Assembly (NCBI RefSeq): GCF_006345805.1
Contig: NC_043000.1
Coordinates: 133,982,001-134,046,000, forward strand
Source of the DNA: Octopus sinensis
Taxonomy: Eukaryota
Length of the DNA: 64,000 nucleotides
Reading direction: 5' to 3'
Position numbers and translations under genes: made by a program. Below the pieces are notes generated by a model that worked only from the letters and a program-made list of their open reading frames with translations, was not told where the DNA came from and made no database searches. This document shows positions 13,487 through 24,632 of this stretch, one piece after another (within the stretch, counting starts at the first letter, position 1; every line of letters begins with the position of its first letter).

Positions 13487-13633
13487 CTTCATCTAGAGAT
13501 TGTCTTCATTTCATCCCATGCCTTTCTAGGTCCCTTCATCTAGAGATTGTCTTCATTTCATCCCATGCCTTTCTAGGTCCCTTCATCTAGAGATTATCTT
13601 CATTTCATCCCATGCCTTTCTAGGTCCCTTCAT
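13487..13633. repeat. 47-bp tandem repeat, three copies
   Basis: CTTCATCTAGAGATTGTCTTCATTTCATCCCATGCCTTTCTAGGTCC starting at 13487, 13534 and 13581, with one substitution. Confidence 0.95.
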
Positions 13634-13922
13634 GTGTGTGTTTGTGTGTGTGTGTGTTGTATCTATGCATGATCTTCAAATTAATGCTAAATACTTCAGG
13701 TTGATGTTTAGCCCAAGGTCACCTCTGATCAAGCAGACTAATGACAAACATAATAACATTAACTTGTCCCAAACTATCAACATTTTGGCTGGTAATCAAA
13801 AAGTCTATTAATTTGGCAGACTAATTAGTTAGTGTAAATTATTTTAGTAAGATTTAGTTTATTAAAAGTTATCTAGAAATAGCAAACTTTTTCAGAGTGG
13901 TAATTTAATGGCTTTTTTTAAG

Positions 13923-14243
13923 ACTCCGCCGGTTACGACGATGAGGGTTCCGGTTGATCCGAATCAACGGAACAGCTTGCTCGTGAAATTAACGTGCAAA
14001 TGGCTGAGCATTCCACAGACACGTGTACCCTTAACGTAGTTCTCGGGGATAATCAGCGTGACACAGAGAGTGACAAGGCTGACCCTTTGAAATACAAGTA
14101 CAACTCATTTTTGCCAGCTGAGTGGACTGGAGCAACGTGAAATAAAGTGTCTTGCTCAAGGACACAACGCGTCGCCGGGAATCGAACTCACAACCTTACG
14201 ATCATGAGCCGAATGCCCTAACCACTAAGCCACGCGCCCTCAC
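13923..14243 (-). mobile_element. Well-preserved tRNA-derived SINE type D
   Basis: Head GAGGGCGCGTGGCTTAGTGGTTAGG..GAGTTCGATTCCCGG; central GTCCTTGAGCAAGACACTTTATTTCACGTTGCTCCAGTCCACTCAGCTG; many CpGs retained. Confidence 0.9.
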
Positions 14244-14346
14244 TATTTAATGGCTTAACAATAGCTAAAATATGTGTAAAAATAGTAGCTAACAAAATTA
14301 TACAATTATACAAATTATTTCTCAAGCCTTCTCTCTCCCTCTCTCT

Positions 14347-14384
<38 letters not shown>

Positions 14385-14484
14385 CCTCTCTCTCTCTCTT
14401 CTTAACACCATTAAAAGCTAAAACAAATGTTTTAAAATAGTTTTAGGTGTCAAAAGAGCTTTTTTTTCTTTTTATTTGATAACA

Positions 14485-14897
14485 TACTCTTTTACTCTTT
14501 TACTTGTTTCAGTCATTTGACTGCGGCCATGCTGGAGCACCGCCTTTAATCGAGCAACTCGACCCCGGGACTTATTCTTTGTAAGCCCAGTACTTATTCT
14601 ATCGGTCTCTTTTTGCCGAACCGCTAAGTGACGGGAACATAAACACACCAGCATTGATTGTCAAGCAATGCTAGGGGGACAAACACAGACACACAAACAC
14701 ACACACGCACACACATATATATACATATATACGACGGGCTTCTTTCAGTTTCCGTCTACCAAATCCACTCACAAGGCTTAGGTCAGCCCGAGGCTATAGT
14801 AGAAGACACTTGCCCAAGGTGCCACGCAGTGGGACTGAACCCGGAACCATGTGGTTGGTAAGCAAGCTATTTACCCCACAGCCACTCCTGCGCCTAT
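14485..14897 (-). mobile_element. Full-length SINE type A
   Basis: High similarity to 3796-4205. Confidence 0.92.
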
Positions 14898-15274
14898 AAC
14901 ATTCCAGAAGATTCTTTTTAAATCCTTACATTTTAGACAAATTAAAATATCCAAAGATATTTGTTGCGTTTTACTTTTACTTCCCATCCCCCCAGTCTAG
15001 CTTAGATTTAATGGTTTTTTGCTTCAAATAAAACTGATCTAATGAAATATTTCCTAAAATATCAGTACCTTAAATAATACAAAATATGAAGGAATCGGTT
15101 TTCAAGTGGAAAACATTACTTAGTAAAGCTATGAAAATGGAGATTGATAGTTTCAATGTGGCTAGATAGACAGGTAAAGAATTTTCGAATTCTGAGGAAT
15201 GATGGTTAACCACTAAAATTCTTTCAATAATGTGTGTCATTCTAGACTTAGATATTTACTGGTTAGAAGGTGGC

Positions 15275-15485
15275 AAGCTGGCAGACTCATTAGCATATTG
15301 GAGAAAATGCTTAGCAGCATTTCATTAGTCTTAACGTTCTGAGTTCAAATTCCACCAGCGTTAACTTTGCTTTTCATCATTTTGGGGTCAATAAAATAAG
15401 TACCAGTTGAACTCTGGGGTCAATGTAATTGACTTAGCAACTCCTCCGAAATTTCAGGCCTTGTGCCAAAATTTGAAACCAATAT
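15275..15485 (+). mobile_element. SINE type B, degenerate
   Basis: GAGCTGGCAGA..AAATGCTTAGC..GTTCTGAGTTCAAATTCC..CTTTGCTTTTCATC..GATAAAATAAGTACCAGTT pattern shared with 23298 and 53358. Confidence 0.8.
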
Positions 15486-15617
15486 TTATTGATTGGGAAA
15501 GAAGATGAGGGAAGGTAACACAGACTACAGAGAACTTTCTAGAACACTGGTGGGAGGGAGGTGGTGATCAAGAAGTTGAGAATGGGAGTTTATAGATTTT
15601 ACAGGGGTAATATCTCT

Positions 15618-15910
15618 TCTCTTTTACTCTTTTACTCTTTTACTTGTTTCAGTCATTTGACTGCATACATGCTGGAACACTGCCTTTTAGTTGAGCAAAT
15701 TGACCCAGGGACTTATTCTTTTTAAGCCTAGTACTTATTCTATCGGCCTCTTTTGCCGAACTGCTAGGTTACGGGGACGTAAACATACCAGCATCGGTTG
15801 TCAAGCGATGCTGGAGGGACAAACACAGACACACAAACATATACATACACATGCATATATATATATACATATATACAACAGGCTTCTTTCAGTTTCCGTC
15901 TACCAAATCC
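15618..15910 (-). mobile_element. SINE type A lacking its head
   Basis: Tail and body match SINE A; stops at CCGTCTACCAAATCC, where Gypsy sequence begins. Confidence 0.88.
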
Positions 15911-18900
15911 TCTTTGGCCATATATCAGTACACCATTGCATGTTGAATATATGTTTACATCTTGTTGTTTTTCCTTACTGAAACTTTTTTTTATTATCTT
16001 TCTCTGAACTTGTCTTTTAATGCCTGTCACTTTATCTCCCTGAGAGTTATTGATAACCTTCATACAATTTCCACATTATGTGTTTAATTACCCTTTCGGC
16101 TCTTAGGACTGCCATTACAGTGTCCACAAATGGTTTGCCATTTCTGGGTATTAACCTAGATAGGCCGTCAGTATGTCCTACCTTTTACAAAGGTAAAAAT
16201 TCCATTGCGTCATCATAGCTTAGTAGAATGGTGCTGCATTGCTGGAATCTGTTTGTTGTATGTACTGGAATTCCTTTCCTGGATCCATAAATCCTTAGCA
16301 ACGAGCAATGGAGTGTTTGTAGTCTAAACTATCTACCATTTGTAAACCTGTAGAACTTTTTATGCCAAATATAATTACCAATGCCTCTTTTTCAATTTGA
16401 TTATAATTTTTTCCCACTGGCAATAGCATCCTTGATGCATGTGCTATAGCCTTTTGGCTGCCATCTTCACATTTGTGTAGGAGTATGACACCTACCCCAT
16501 ACTCACTAGCATCTGTTGCTAGTATCATTTCCAACTTTGGATCAAACTATGTAAGTGACAAGTCTGAATTTAGCATACTTTTTCTGACCAAAACCATTTG
16601 GCATCCATTTTTAACGGCTCGTTTAGTGGAGCCCTTGTGTTGTGAATGTTGGGAATATATACTTGATAGTAGTTTACCTAGCCTAATAATGCTTGTAACA
16701 ATTTGACATTTGTTAGAAGAGGCATATTCTGCATTGCCATCGCCCTTGATGGGTCTGGTCTTTGTCCCCTTTTGTCAATTACTTGACCTAAATATTTGAT
16801 TTTTTACATCAAAAATTCACACTTTTCTTTGGTTAGTCTAAACCAGTATTCATTTATTTTTCCACATGCAGTGGTCAAAGTGTTGTTCCACTGTCTCGCT
16901 CTTTATCAAAATATCATTGAGATAAGCGATAGTAAAATTGCAATCATTTAACATTCTGTCCATCACTTCTTGGAATATGGCTGGTTCCACTTTTACTCCA
17001 AAAGGAAGCTGCTTGAACTTATACAATCCATAGTGAGTGTTGATTGTTAAAAGGTGTACACAGTCTTCCTCTACCTGTATCTGAAGATAGGCCTCTGAGA
17101 GGTCTAACTTTGAGAAAATTTTTCCTCCATTTAGTTTTCAGAACATTTCTTCTGGGCTTGATAATGGGTAATTGTGTTCAAGTACACAATCATTTAATCC
17201 AGTTGAAAAGTCCACGCACTCTTAGTTTATTACTTTTTTCCTTACATAAACCATCGAAGCTGCCCAGTCTGAATGGTCAACTTTTTCAATTATAGCTAGG
17301 TTTTCTAGTCTTTCTAACTTTTTATTGACCTGGTCCAATGCCACAAACGGCACATTCCATTTGGGCCTGAAAACAGGTGTTGCCTTTTCTTTTACCACAA
17401 TCCTTGATTTTGTTTTAGTGCAACAGCCTAATCCTCCTCAAAAACCATTTGGAAACAATTTTTAAAATTTTTTGTCTCAGTTGGTCAACTTCATTCGGAC
17501 TTCTAACTATACCGACTACATTTTCACAGAGAACACTAATGGGGATGTCCCACATTTTAAATAATTCCATGCATTCTGTACCAAATAGGTTTAGTGATTT
17601 TTCAGCACATAAATGATTGTCCTTTTCATTTCATCTCAAAAAGTTACATTGCAAATACATTCACCGATGAAATATAATTTCTTTCCTGTAACACCATATG
17701 CTACTTCATTTAATTTAAATAATTTTGGCTTATGAATTTGCCACCATGTTTCTTCATTTATGATAGTGATATCACTACCCGTATCTAATTGCATTTTGAC
17801 ATTAGTGGTTTCGATTCTCACCTTGATGAATTTTCTGTTCATTGTACAAACTTTTTTTTCTGATGATGAACTATTTATTTTTTCGTGTTCGCTCCAATTT
17901 TTTGTCATCTTAGTTGTGCAGTTTAATATGTCCTGTGTTCTCACAACGAAAACACCTCACTTTTTTTAAACAGACACTCTTTTCTCAGGTAGTTTCCACT
18001 ATATGCCATACACGGGTTTATCTCCTGATGTATATCATGTTTTTTGTGAAACATTCTTTCCATCATCCAGCTCTTCCACACTGGGTTTCTTCTTTGTCGT
18101 GCCTTACTTTTAATATCATATCATCCTCTTCTGACAGTTTCTAAAGAGTTATATCCTGGTTCATTACCAGCTTTTTACGAATTTTTGTTCTAACTATTAC
18201 GTCCTTTTTTAGCAGTAAGTCCCTGAACAAAAATCAGGCACTTGAATGAGTCTAGAGTTAGTTTATCCAGTTTAAATCTCTCCCATTCTCTGTTTACTCT
18301 AACCACATATGTGGTAATGTCTTTGTCATTGTTTTTCTCAGTGTTCAAACACTTCCAGCATGTGTTAAACAATGATGTTTTTTCAGTATACATCCTATAT
18401 AAAATGTCACTTGTGTCCATGAAATTTATGCCAGAAACGTTATAAGGCAATATAAAGTTACAGTATTTTTTATGCTCTATCATCACCAGGGTCCTCAGAA
18501 TTAGATGTGTTTTCATTTCTTCTGTCCAGTTTCGGCATTCTTTTTTGAAAATTTGCTCAAATCTTTGGTAATATGTCTCAAAAATGATTCCTTCTTTCAG
18601 GTCATATTTAAATTCATTTATTAAATTTGCTACATGGCCTGGAGAAAACATATTTTCCAGTTTTGTTACCAACTTCATTAGTTGTAGCATTTATTGCTGT
18701 AACATTTGTTGATGCTGCTGTTTTTGCAACTCAACTAAACCCTCTAAGAAGTTTTCCATAATTTTACAGATTTTTTTGTAAAATATATACAACAAAAGAA
18801 TTTCTTATTTTCTCTGTCGAGTTTTTAATTTCTCCATGTGAAAAATTTTTCAACGTTGTCTGCATGTGAAACACAATTTTTTTCAGTGCTGTCTGCATGA

Positions 18901-19174
18901 ATTCTTTATATCCTCATCGCCACTTTTATAAAGTAGATCCTTGTCTACATGTATGTTATTGTCAGCACTGTAATATTCTTGTCACCACTATTATGTTGTG
19001 GCAGTATTCTGCGTCTTACTATCTTTGACTCATCTATCATGCTATCACTGATAGCTCCACAAGACAATCACTTTGAAACGTCTACCTTGACAGTAAATCT
19101 AACTTGTATATATGGCATAACTGACACTGACTCCGACTGAAAACTCATAACTCCACTACTACTAACCTCCTACA
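15911..19174 (-). mobile_element. Decayed Ty3/Gypsy LTR retrotransposon (K02A2.6/Mag-like): gag, protease, RT, RNase H; integrase and 3' LTR missing
   Basis: ORF remnants 18190-18690 (gag-like FETYYQRFEQIF..ERFKL), 17636-17944 (protease MQLDTGSDITII), RT region ~16700-17400, 16295-16534 (RNase H ILATDASEYGVGVIL..NYNQIEKEAL), then RKGIPVHTTNR..GHTDGLSRLIP. Confidence 0.93.
18911..19174 (-). promoter_or_regulatory. Probable primer-binding site (18911-18922) and 5' LTR (~18927-19174) of the Gypsy element
   Basis: Minus strand reads TGTAGGAG (LTR-like start at 19174) ... ACTTTATA AAAG TGGCGATGAGGA; a TGGCG-initiated PBS is typical of this Gypsy group. Confidence 0.65.
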
Positions 19175-19204
19175 ATGACTGACTGTCTGACTTTATAGTG
19201 GCTC

Positions 19205-19740
19205 TCATGCCACTTTTGTCACATGCTTGAGAAGACCCAGCAAGCCAAGTGAGACCATAACCCGTGGCCTATGCCACTGGTGTATAACCAGCCCACTTAT
19301 GAATACCCTTCATTCATTGGACAATAAACTTTGCTTGTGAACACCTTTTGAAGCAAGTGAAATCAAAATTGTTGACATGACCAATGACAGTACTTCCTGA
19401 TTGGCACTCGATCAGTGGAATGTTAAAAGCATCATCCAAGCGTGATCGTTTCCAGCATCGCCTTACTGACACATGTACTGCTGGCATGTGGAAAACAACA
19501 TTTGAGCATAGTCATTGCCAGTGCTGCCGGACTGGCTCCCGTGCAGGTGGCACATAAGAAACACCTTTTGAGCGTGGTCATTGCTAGTACTGCCTGACTG
19601 GCCCTCATGCCTGTAGTACGTAAAAGCACCCACTACACTCTTGGAGTGGTTGGCATTAGGAAGGGCATCCAGCTGTAGAAACTTTGCCAGTTCAGATTGA
19701 AACTTGTTGCAGCCTTCTGGCTCGCCAAACCGCCCAACCA
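19205..19740 (+). mobile_element. RTE LINE 3' UTR fragment
   Basis: GCTTGAGAAGACCCAGCAAGCCAAGTGAG.. plus repeated TAAAAGCACC units and AGGAAGGGCATCCAGCTGTAGAAAC. Confidence 0.85.
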
Positions 19741-20337
19741 AGTGATCAATGATTTTAAGCATCACATGGAAATGAAACTGAGCCACATTAAGAAAGGAAA
19801 TGCTTCTAGTTTCTCATTTTGCCTCACTAGAACATGCCAATATAAACATCTGAAATTATAATTAAAATATATTTAAAAGAGAATTACATGTAAATAGGCT
19901 AGGGCTTGCAAGCTGTTTCCAGTTAGATCTGCAATTTGTGAAACAAAAAAAAGGTATTTACAATATATATCTTATTGATTTATACTATTTTATCACAACA
20001 TTTGACCAACTGTTTCCATGTTAACTTGCATTAACACTTTAATAGCGTAAGATATGAGTGAAGACAAGAATGTATTAAAGATACTATGACACAATACATT
20101 TACTTGATAACATATAATTTTATTTCACAGGTGTTTGATATTTTGATGTATCCCTGGTGGAAAGGAGCTGCTGACTGTTTGACATATTGCTGAATAATAT
20201 CCCACAATACTACGTGGACTATTATAGCTAAATATTCAATAAATATGGAATAGGAAATAATGTCCCACTAGATCTAACAAAATACAATAACCAAATAATA
20301 TATAGAAGATATTTTATGCACAACACATAAATTTATT

Positions 20338-20610
20338 TCATCATCATCATCGCTGTTTAACGTCCACTTTCCATGCTGGCATGGGTTGGACGATTTGACT
20401 GAGGACTGGTGAGCCAGAAGGCTGCACCAGGTCAATCTGATCTGGCAAAGTTTCTACATCTGAATGCCTTTCCCAATGCCATGTCATCAGCATAGAGGAG
20501 CTCCCAGTGGCATCCTGTTTTGAATTCCTCTGTTATTGCCTGGAGGACTATGATGAATAAGAGGGGGCTGAGGACTGATCCTTGGTGGACCCCTACCCCT
20601 AATTATACAG
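20338..20610 (-). mobile_element. Internally deleted RTE copy: 3' end joined to a short RT fragment
   Basis: (CAT)n tail, GTTTAACGTCCACTTTCCATGC.., then RT piece encoding VGVHQGSVLSPLLFIIVLQAITEEFKTGCHWELL on the minus strand. Confidence 0.85.
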
Positions 20611-21179
20611 CTTCATTGTGGGTGAATTAAAAATATAAACACATTCTTTCAATATTATTATAAATTCTCCTGATGGATAGTTTCACAGTTTGTTGACCAC
20701 TCTTCAGAGAAGATATACCTATCTTTCTTCTCCAATCAGTAGTACGGGTCAGCTGTTATATAAAATAGTCAGAAATTAGGCCAGGACATTAATGGATAAT
20801 CTAATTTGCATATTTGTGTTTTTGAGAGCTCATCACAAATCAAACAATATTTATTTTATGCACAGCACAATGTAAGTCATAAGAACTGAAATAATTTAAA
20901 TAATACAAGGCCTAATATATAGAATATTTAAGTAATTTCTAGAAGGTATAGAAGTAAAAGAGATGAATGGATATGGTATAAGAGTCCTAGATCAATGATC
21001 TCAAGTTCAGATCTATTTCAGGTGTTTTGTTGTGTATTTGATGGCAACCCAAATAATTCTGTTTAATTACATTTGCCTAACAGTTTAGATTGAATACTAG
21101 ATGCTTTGAAAGCATTGATATAGACTTGCAGTTTATCCAGGGGAAGATTTATCTCACACCCATTTAATCTTAATATATA

Positions 21180-22050
21180 TTCCAAAAGCATAGCTGCTAG
21201 AATAAGAATGGGCTTGGCAAAGTTCAGAGAGCTGCTACCTTTGTTGGTAACAAAGGGCCTCTCCCTAAGAGTGAAAGACAGATTGTATGCTACATGTTAA
21301 TGAGACATGGGCTATGACTATTGAGGACATGCAAAGGCTTGAAAGAAATGAGGCCAACATACTCCACTAGATGGGTAATGTCAGTGTGCATGTATGACAA
21401 AGTGTGATTTGGGAGGAAAATAGGATATATGAGGCATCAGATGTAGTGTGCAAGAGAGAAGAATGTGCTGGTATGGACATGTGAGGCATATGGATGAGGA
21501 CAAGTGCACCATGAAGTACCAATCATTAATTGTGAAGGGAACATGTGCAAGGGAATCCAGGGAGACATGAGATGAAGTGGTGAGGAAGGATCATGAAATG
21601 TTGGGCCTCATAGAGGAGATGAAAAGGGACCAAGACTTCTGGTTGTTTGCTGTGCTTGAGAAGACACACCAAGCTAAGTGAAATTGTGGTTGTTCATTCA
21701 TACAGACATGTCCTCTATATCCCTCTCTCAGCTGAGAGAGTCTAGTCTTGCAGGCTCATGGGTGTTGATACCATGTAAAGTACCCATGCTGGTACTACAT
21801 AAAAGCACCCATGCCAGTGCCATGGAAGAGCACCCATGTTGAAGCCACATAAAGTGCCTGTATCAGTGCTATGTAAAAGTACCCAGCACATTCTGAGAAG
21901 TGGTTGGCATTAGGAAGGGCATCCAGCCACAGAAACCACGCCAAAACAGACAAATTGAGCCAGGGCAGGTCTCCAGCTGGCCAACTCCTGCCAAATCATC
22001 CAAACCATGCCAGCATAGATAGCAGACATTAAATGATGATGATGATGATG
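21180..22050 (+). mobile_element. Decayed RTE LINE 3' part (ORF2 C-terminus plus 3' UTR)
   Basis: GCTAGAATAAGAATGGGCTTGGCAAAGTTCAGAGAGCTGCTACCTTTGTTGGTAACAAAGGGCCTCTCCCTAAGAGTG encodes ARIRMGLAKFRELLPLLVTKGLSLRV, homologous to 37399-38900. Confidence 0.9.
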
Positions 22051-22072
22051 ATGATGATGGTGATGATGATGG

Positions 22073-22122
<50 letters not shown>

Positions 22123-22203
22123 GTGATGATGGTGGTGGTGGTGGTGTGGTGGTGGTGGTGGTGGTGGTGGTGGTGGTGGTGGTAGTGGTGGTGGTGGTAG
22201 TGG

Positions 22204-22237
<34 letters not shown>

Positions 22238-22443
22238 GGTGGTGGTGGTGGTGGTGGTGGTGATAGTGATGATGATGACGATGGCGATTATGATGATGAT
22301 GATGATGATGACGACGACGACGATGATGATGATGATGGTGATGATGAGGATGATGATGATGATGACGATGGCGATTATGATGATGATGATGATGACAATG
22401 ACGACGACGGTGACGATGACGATGATGATGATGATGATGATGA
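22034..22443. repeat. Compound (GAT)n/(GGT)n/(GAC)n trinucleotide array, expanded from the RTE tail
   Basis: Begins immediately after the RTE end GGACATTAAAT-like motif; about 410 bp. Confidence 0.95.
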
Positions 22444-22829
22444 TCTAGAAACTAGATTTAAACAACCTTTGTCCATTGCTGCTGAGCAGATATTTACATT
22501 GTACATGTATATATATATTACATGAGATGAAATAGAATAGTGTTGCTGCCTATTCAATACAAGCAATATGAATACAAATACTTGCTGGTATGGGTTGATA
22601 ATGATTCCATAATGACAAACATTATCAAAGGAATGAAAAGTAGAACAAATTCCATGTTAAATATTATATAATTAGTAATCACTAACTGAAATGGAAAAAT
22701 TCCCAGGCAAATAGTATTTAATTAAAATTCATTAATTGAAATTGCTCAACAGAGTCACTTAGCAAAGGTATGGGTTACTGGAAGGAATCTTTATTAAGAA
22801 AAACCTGCTCATATGCTTAATCCTTGAAA

Positions 22830-23208
22830 TACAAGGGGATACTGGAAAGTTCCTGACTATGTGTAAAAGAAAATACAGGCGGATCGGTTAATTAAGATTT
22901 TATTCAAAAAGCACCCACTACACTCACGGAGTGGTTGGCGTTAGGAAGGGCATCCAGCTGTAGAAACACTGCCAGATCAGACTGGAGCCTGGTGCAGCCC
23001 TGGCTTCCCAGACTCTGGTCGAACCATCCAACCCGTGCTAGCGCGGAAAACAGACGTTAAGCGATGATGATGATGATTTCCCTCTCAGATCCACACATTT
23101 TTTGCTTCAGTCCTTCAGCTTTTTTTTAGGCCCTGTAAAAGAACTTGGAAGGTTGGGCCTCTAACCAGGCCTTTCACGATACTCTTAAAGCCAGGAACTT
23201 TTCAGTAC
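22830..23208 (+). mobile_element. Mariner-type MITE interrupted by an RTE 3' end (22906-23077)
   Basis: TIR-like ends TACAAGGGGATACTGGAAAGTTCCTG / AAAGCCAGGAACTTTTCAGTAC; the uninterrupted homologue at 1-156 lacks the insert. Confidence 0.8.
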
Positions 23209-23297
23209 TGGACAGAATGCCTTTTGCTATTTAGCTTTGACCTCTTGCTGGAGTCAGTTTTACCTCTCATATCTCTAAGGTCAATAAATAAATACCA

Positions 23298-23525
23298 GCG
23301 AGCTGGCAGAAACGTTAGCATGCCAGGCGAAATGCTTAGCAGTATTTTGTCTGTCTTTACATTCTGAGCTCAGATTCTGCCGAGGTCAACTTTGCCTTTC
23401 ATCCTTTCAGGGGCGACTAAATAAGTACCAGTTATGCACTGGGGTCGATGTAATCGACTTAATCCCTTTGTCTGTCCTTGTTTGTCTCTTCTATGTTTAA
23501 CCTCCTGTGGGCAATAAATAAATAA
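23298..23525 (+). mobile_element. SINE type B
   Basis: GAGCTGGCAGAAACGTTAGCA..GGCGAAATGCTTAGC..CCGAGGTCAACTTTGCCTTTCATCC..GTACCAGTTATGCACTGGGGTCGATGTAATCGACTT. Confidence 0.88.
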
Positions 23526-23556
23526 ATAAATAAATAATTAATTAAATAGCGAAATA

Positions 23557-23815
23557 GATAAAATAAGTAAGTACTAGCTGAATACTAGGGTTAATAAAAT
23601 TAAAAGCAGATGAATACTGAAACTGATGAAACAAGAACCAGCTGAGTACTAAAGTTGATAAAGCAAGGATCAGCTGAGTGCTGGAGCTGATAAAGCAAGG
23701 ATCGGTTGAGTACTGGAGTTAATTAAACAAATACCATTTGAGTAGTATGATGATAAAATAAGTATCATCTAAGTATTGAGGTTGATAAAATTAGTATGAG
23801 CCGAATACTGGATTT
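23557..23815 (+). repeat. Degenerate ~32-bp minisatellite (8 units) derived from a SINE B internal segment
   Basis: Units resemble GATAAAATAAGTACCAGCTGAGTACTGGAGTT, matching SINE B GATAAAATAAGTACCAGTTGAACACTGGGGTC. Confidence 0.8.
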
Positions 23816-24189
23816 GATCAAATTAACTCTACACATTCCCCAAAAGTGAGGCCTTGTGCATATGCTAAAAATCAATACTTTGTTGAATTTGACATTTCCA
23901 AATGTATTTTGGTTATTGATTTCAACATCATGCTAGCATGGAGAACGGACGTTAAACGATGATGATTACACCATAATTATTTTAATAGTCTCTTTTTCAT
24001 ATCCTACCATGGTTGTTGATCATCATGTTTAGTACTGTATGGTGTCACTATTTCATATCCACAACTAAACGAACAGTAACAGTTGAACTAATGGAGAAAC
24101 ACCACCTACGCAGTCGATTGGCCTACATGATGGTAGTAGAGCTAAGTCTCCCACAAATGACATCCTACAATATTTTTTTCTACTCTAAG

Positions 24190-24632
24190 CACATCATCAT
24201 CATCGTTTAACGTCCGTTTTCCATGCTAGCATGGGTTGGACGGTTCGACCGGGGTCTAGGAACCAGGAGGCTGTACCAGGCTCCAGTCTGATCTGGCAGT
24301 GTTTCTACAGCTGGATGCCCTTCCTAACGCCAACCACTCCATGAGTGTAGTGGGTGCTTTTTACATGTCACCGGCACAGGTGCCAGGGGAGGCTGGCAAC
24401 GGCCATGATCGGTTGGTGCTTTTTACGTGCTACCGGCACGGAAGCCAGTCAAGGTGGCACTGGCATCAACCACGTATGGATGGTGCTTTTTATGTGCCGG
24501 GGGGGGGGGCAATGACCACGATTGGTTGGTGCTTTTTACGTGCCACCAACATGGAAGCCAGTCAAGGTGGCGCTGGCATCGGCCACATACGGATGGTGTT
24601 TTTTACGTGCCACTGGCACAGGTGCCAGGGTA
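24190..24632 (-). mobile_element. RTE 3' end inserted into a SINE B (SINE continues 24633-24750)
   Basis: (CAT)n tail after CTACTCTAAGCAC; SINE resumes AGCAAGGTCCAAAATTTTAGGGG..GTCGATTAGATC. Confidence 0.88.

Noticed and set aside
14165-14243. tRNA-like sequences with A and B boxes (also ~36495-36566, 12870-12935, 4130-4205)
   Set aside because: Each continues into a multi-copy SINE body and lacks a complete acceptor stem, so they are SINE heads rather than tRNA genes
20191-20256. Possible selenocysteine read-through (..LTYC-TGA-IISHN..)
   Set aside because: No SECIS-like element identified by eye and no similarity to a selenoprotein family I know
23557-23815. CRISPR-like appearance of ~32-bp periodic units (also the 47-bp and 159-bp repeats)
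   Set aside because: Units are contiguous with no constant-repeat/unique-spacer alternation, no cas genes are present, the context is eukaryotic, and the unit derives from a SINE
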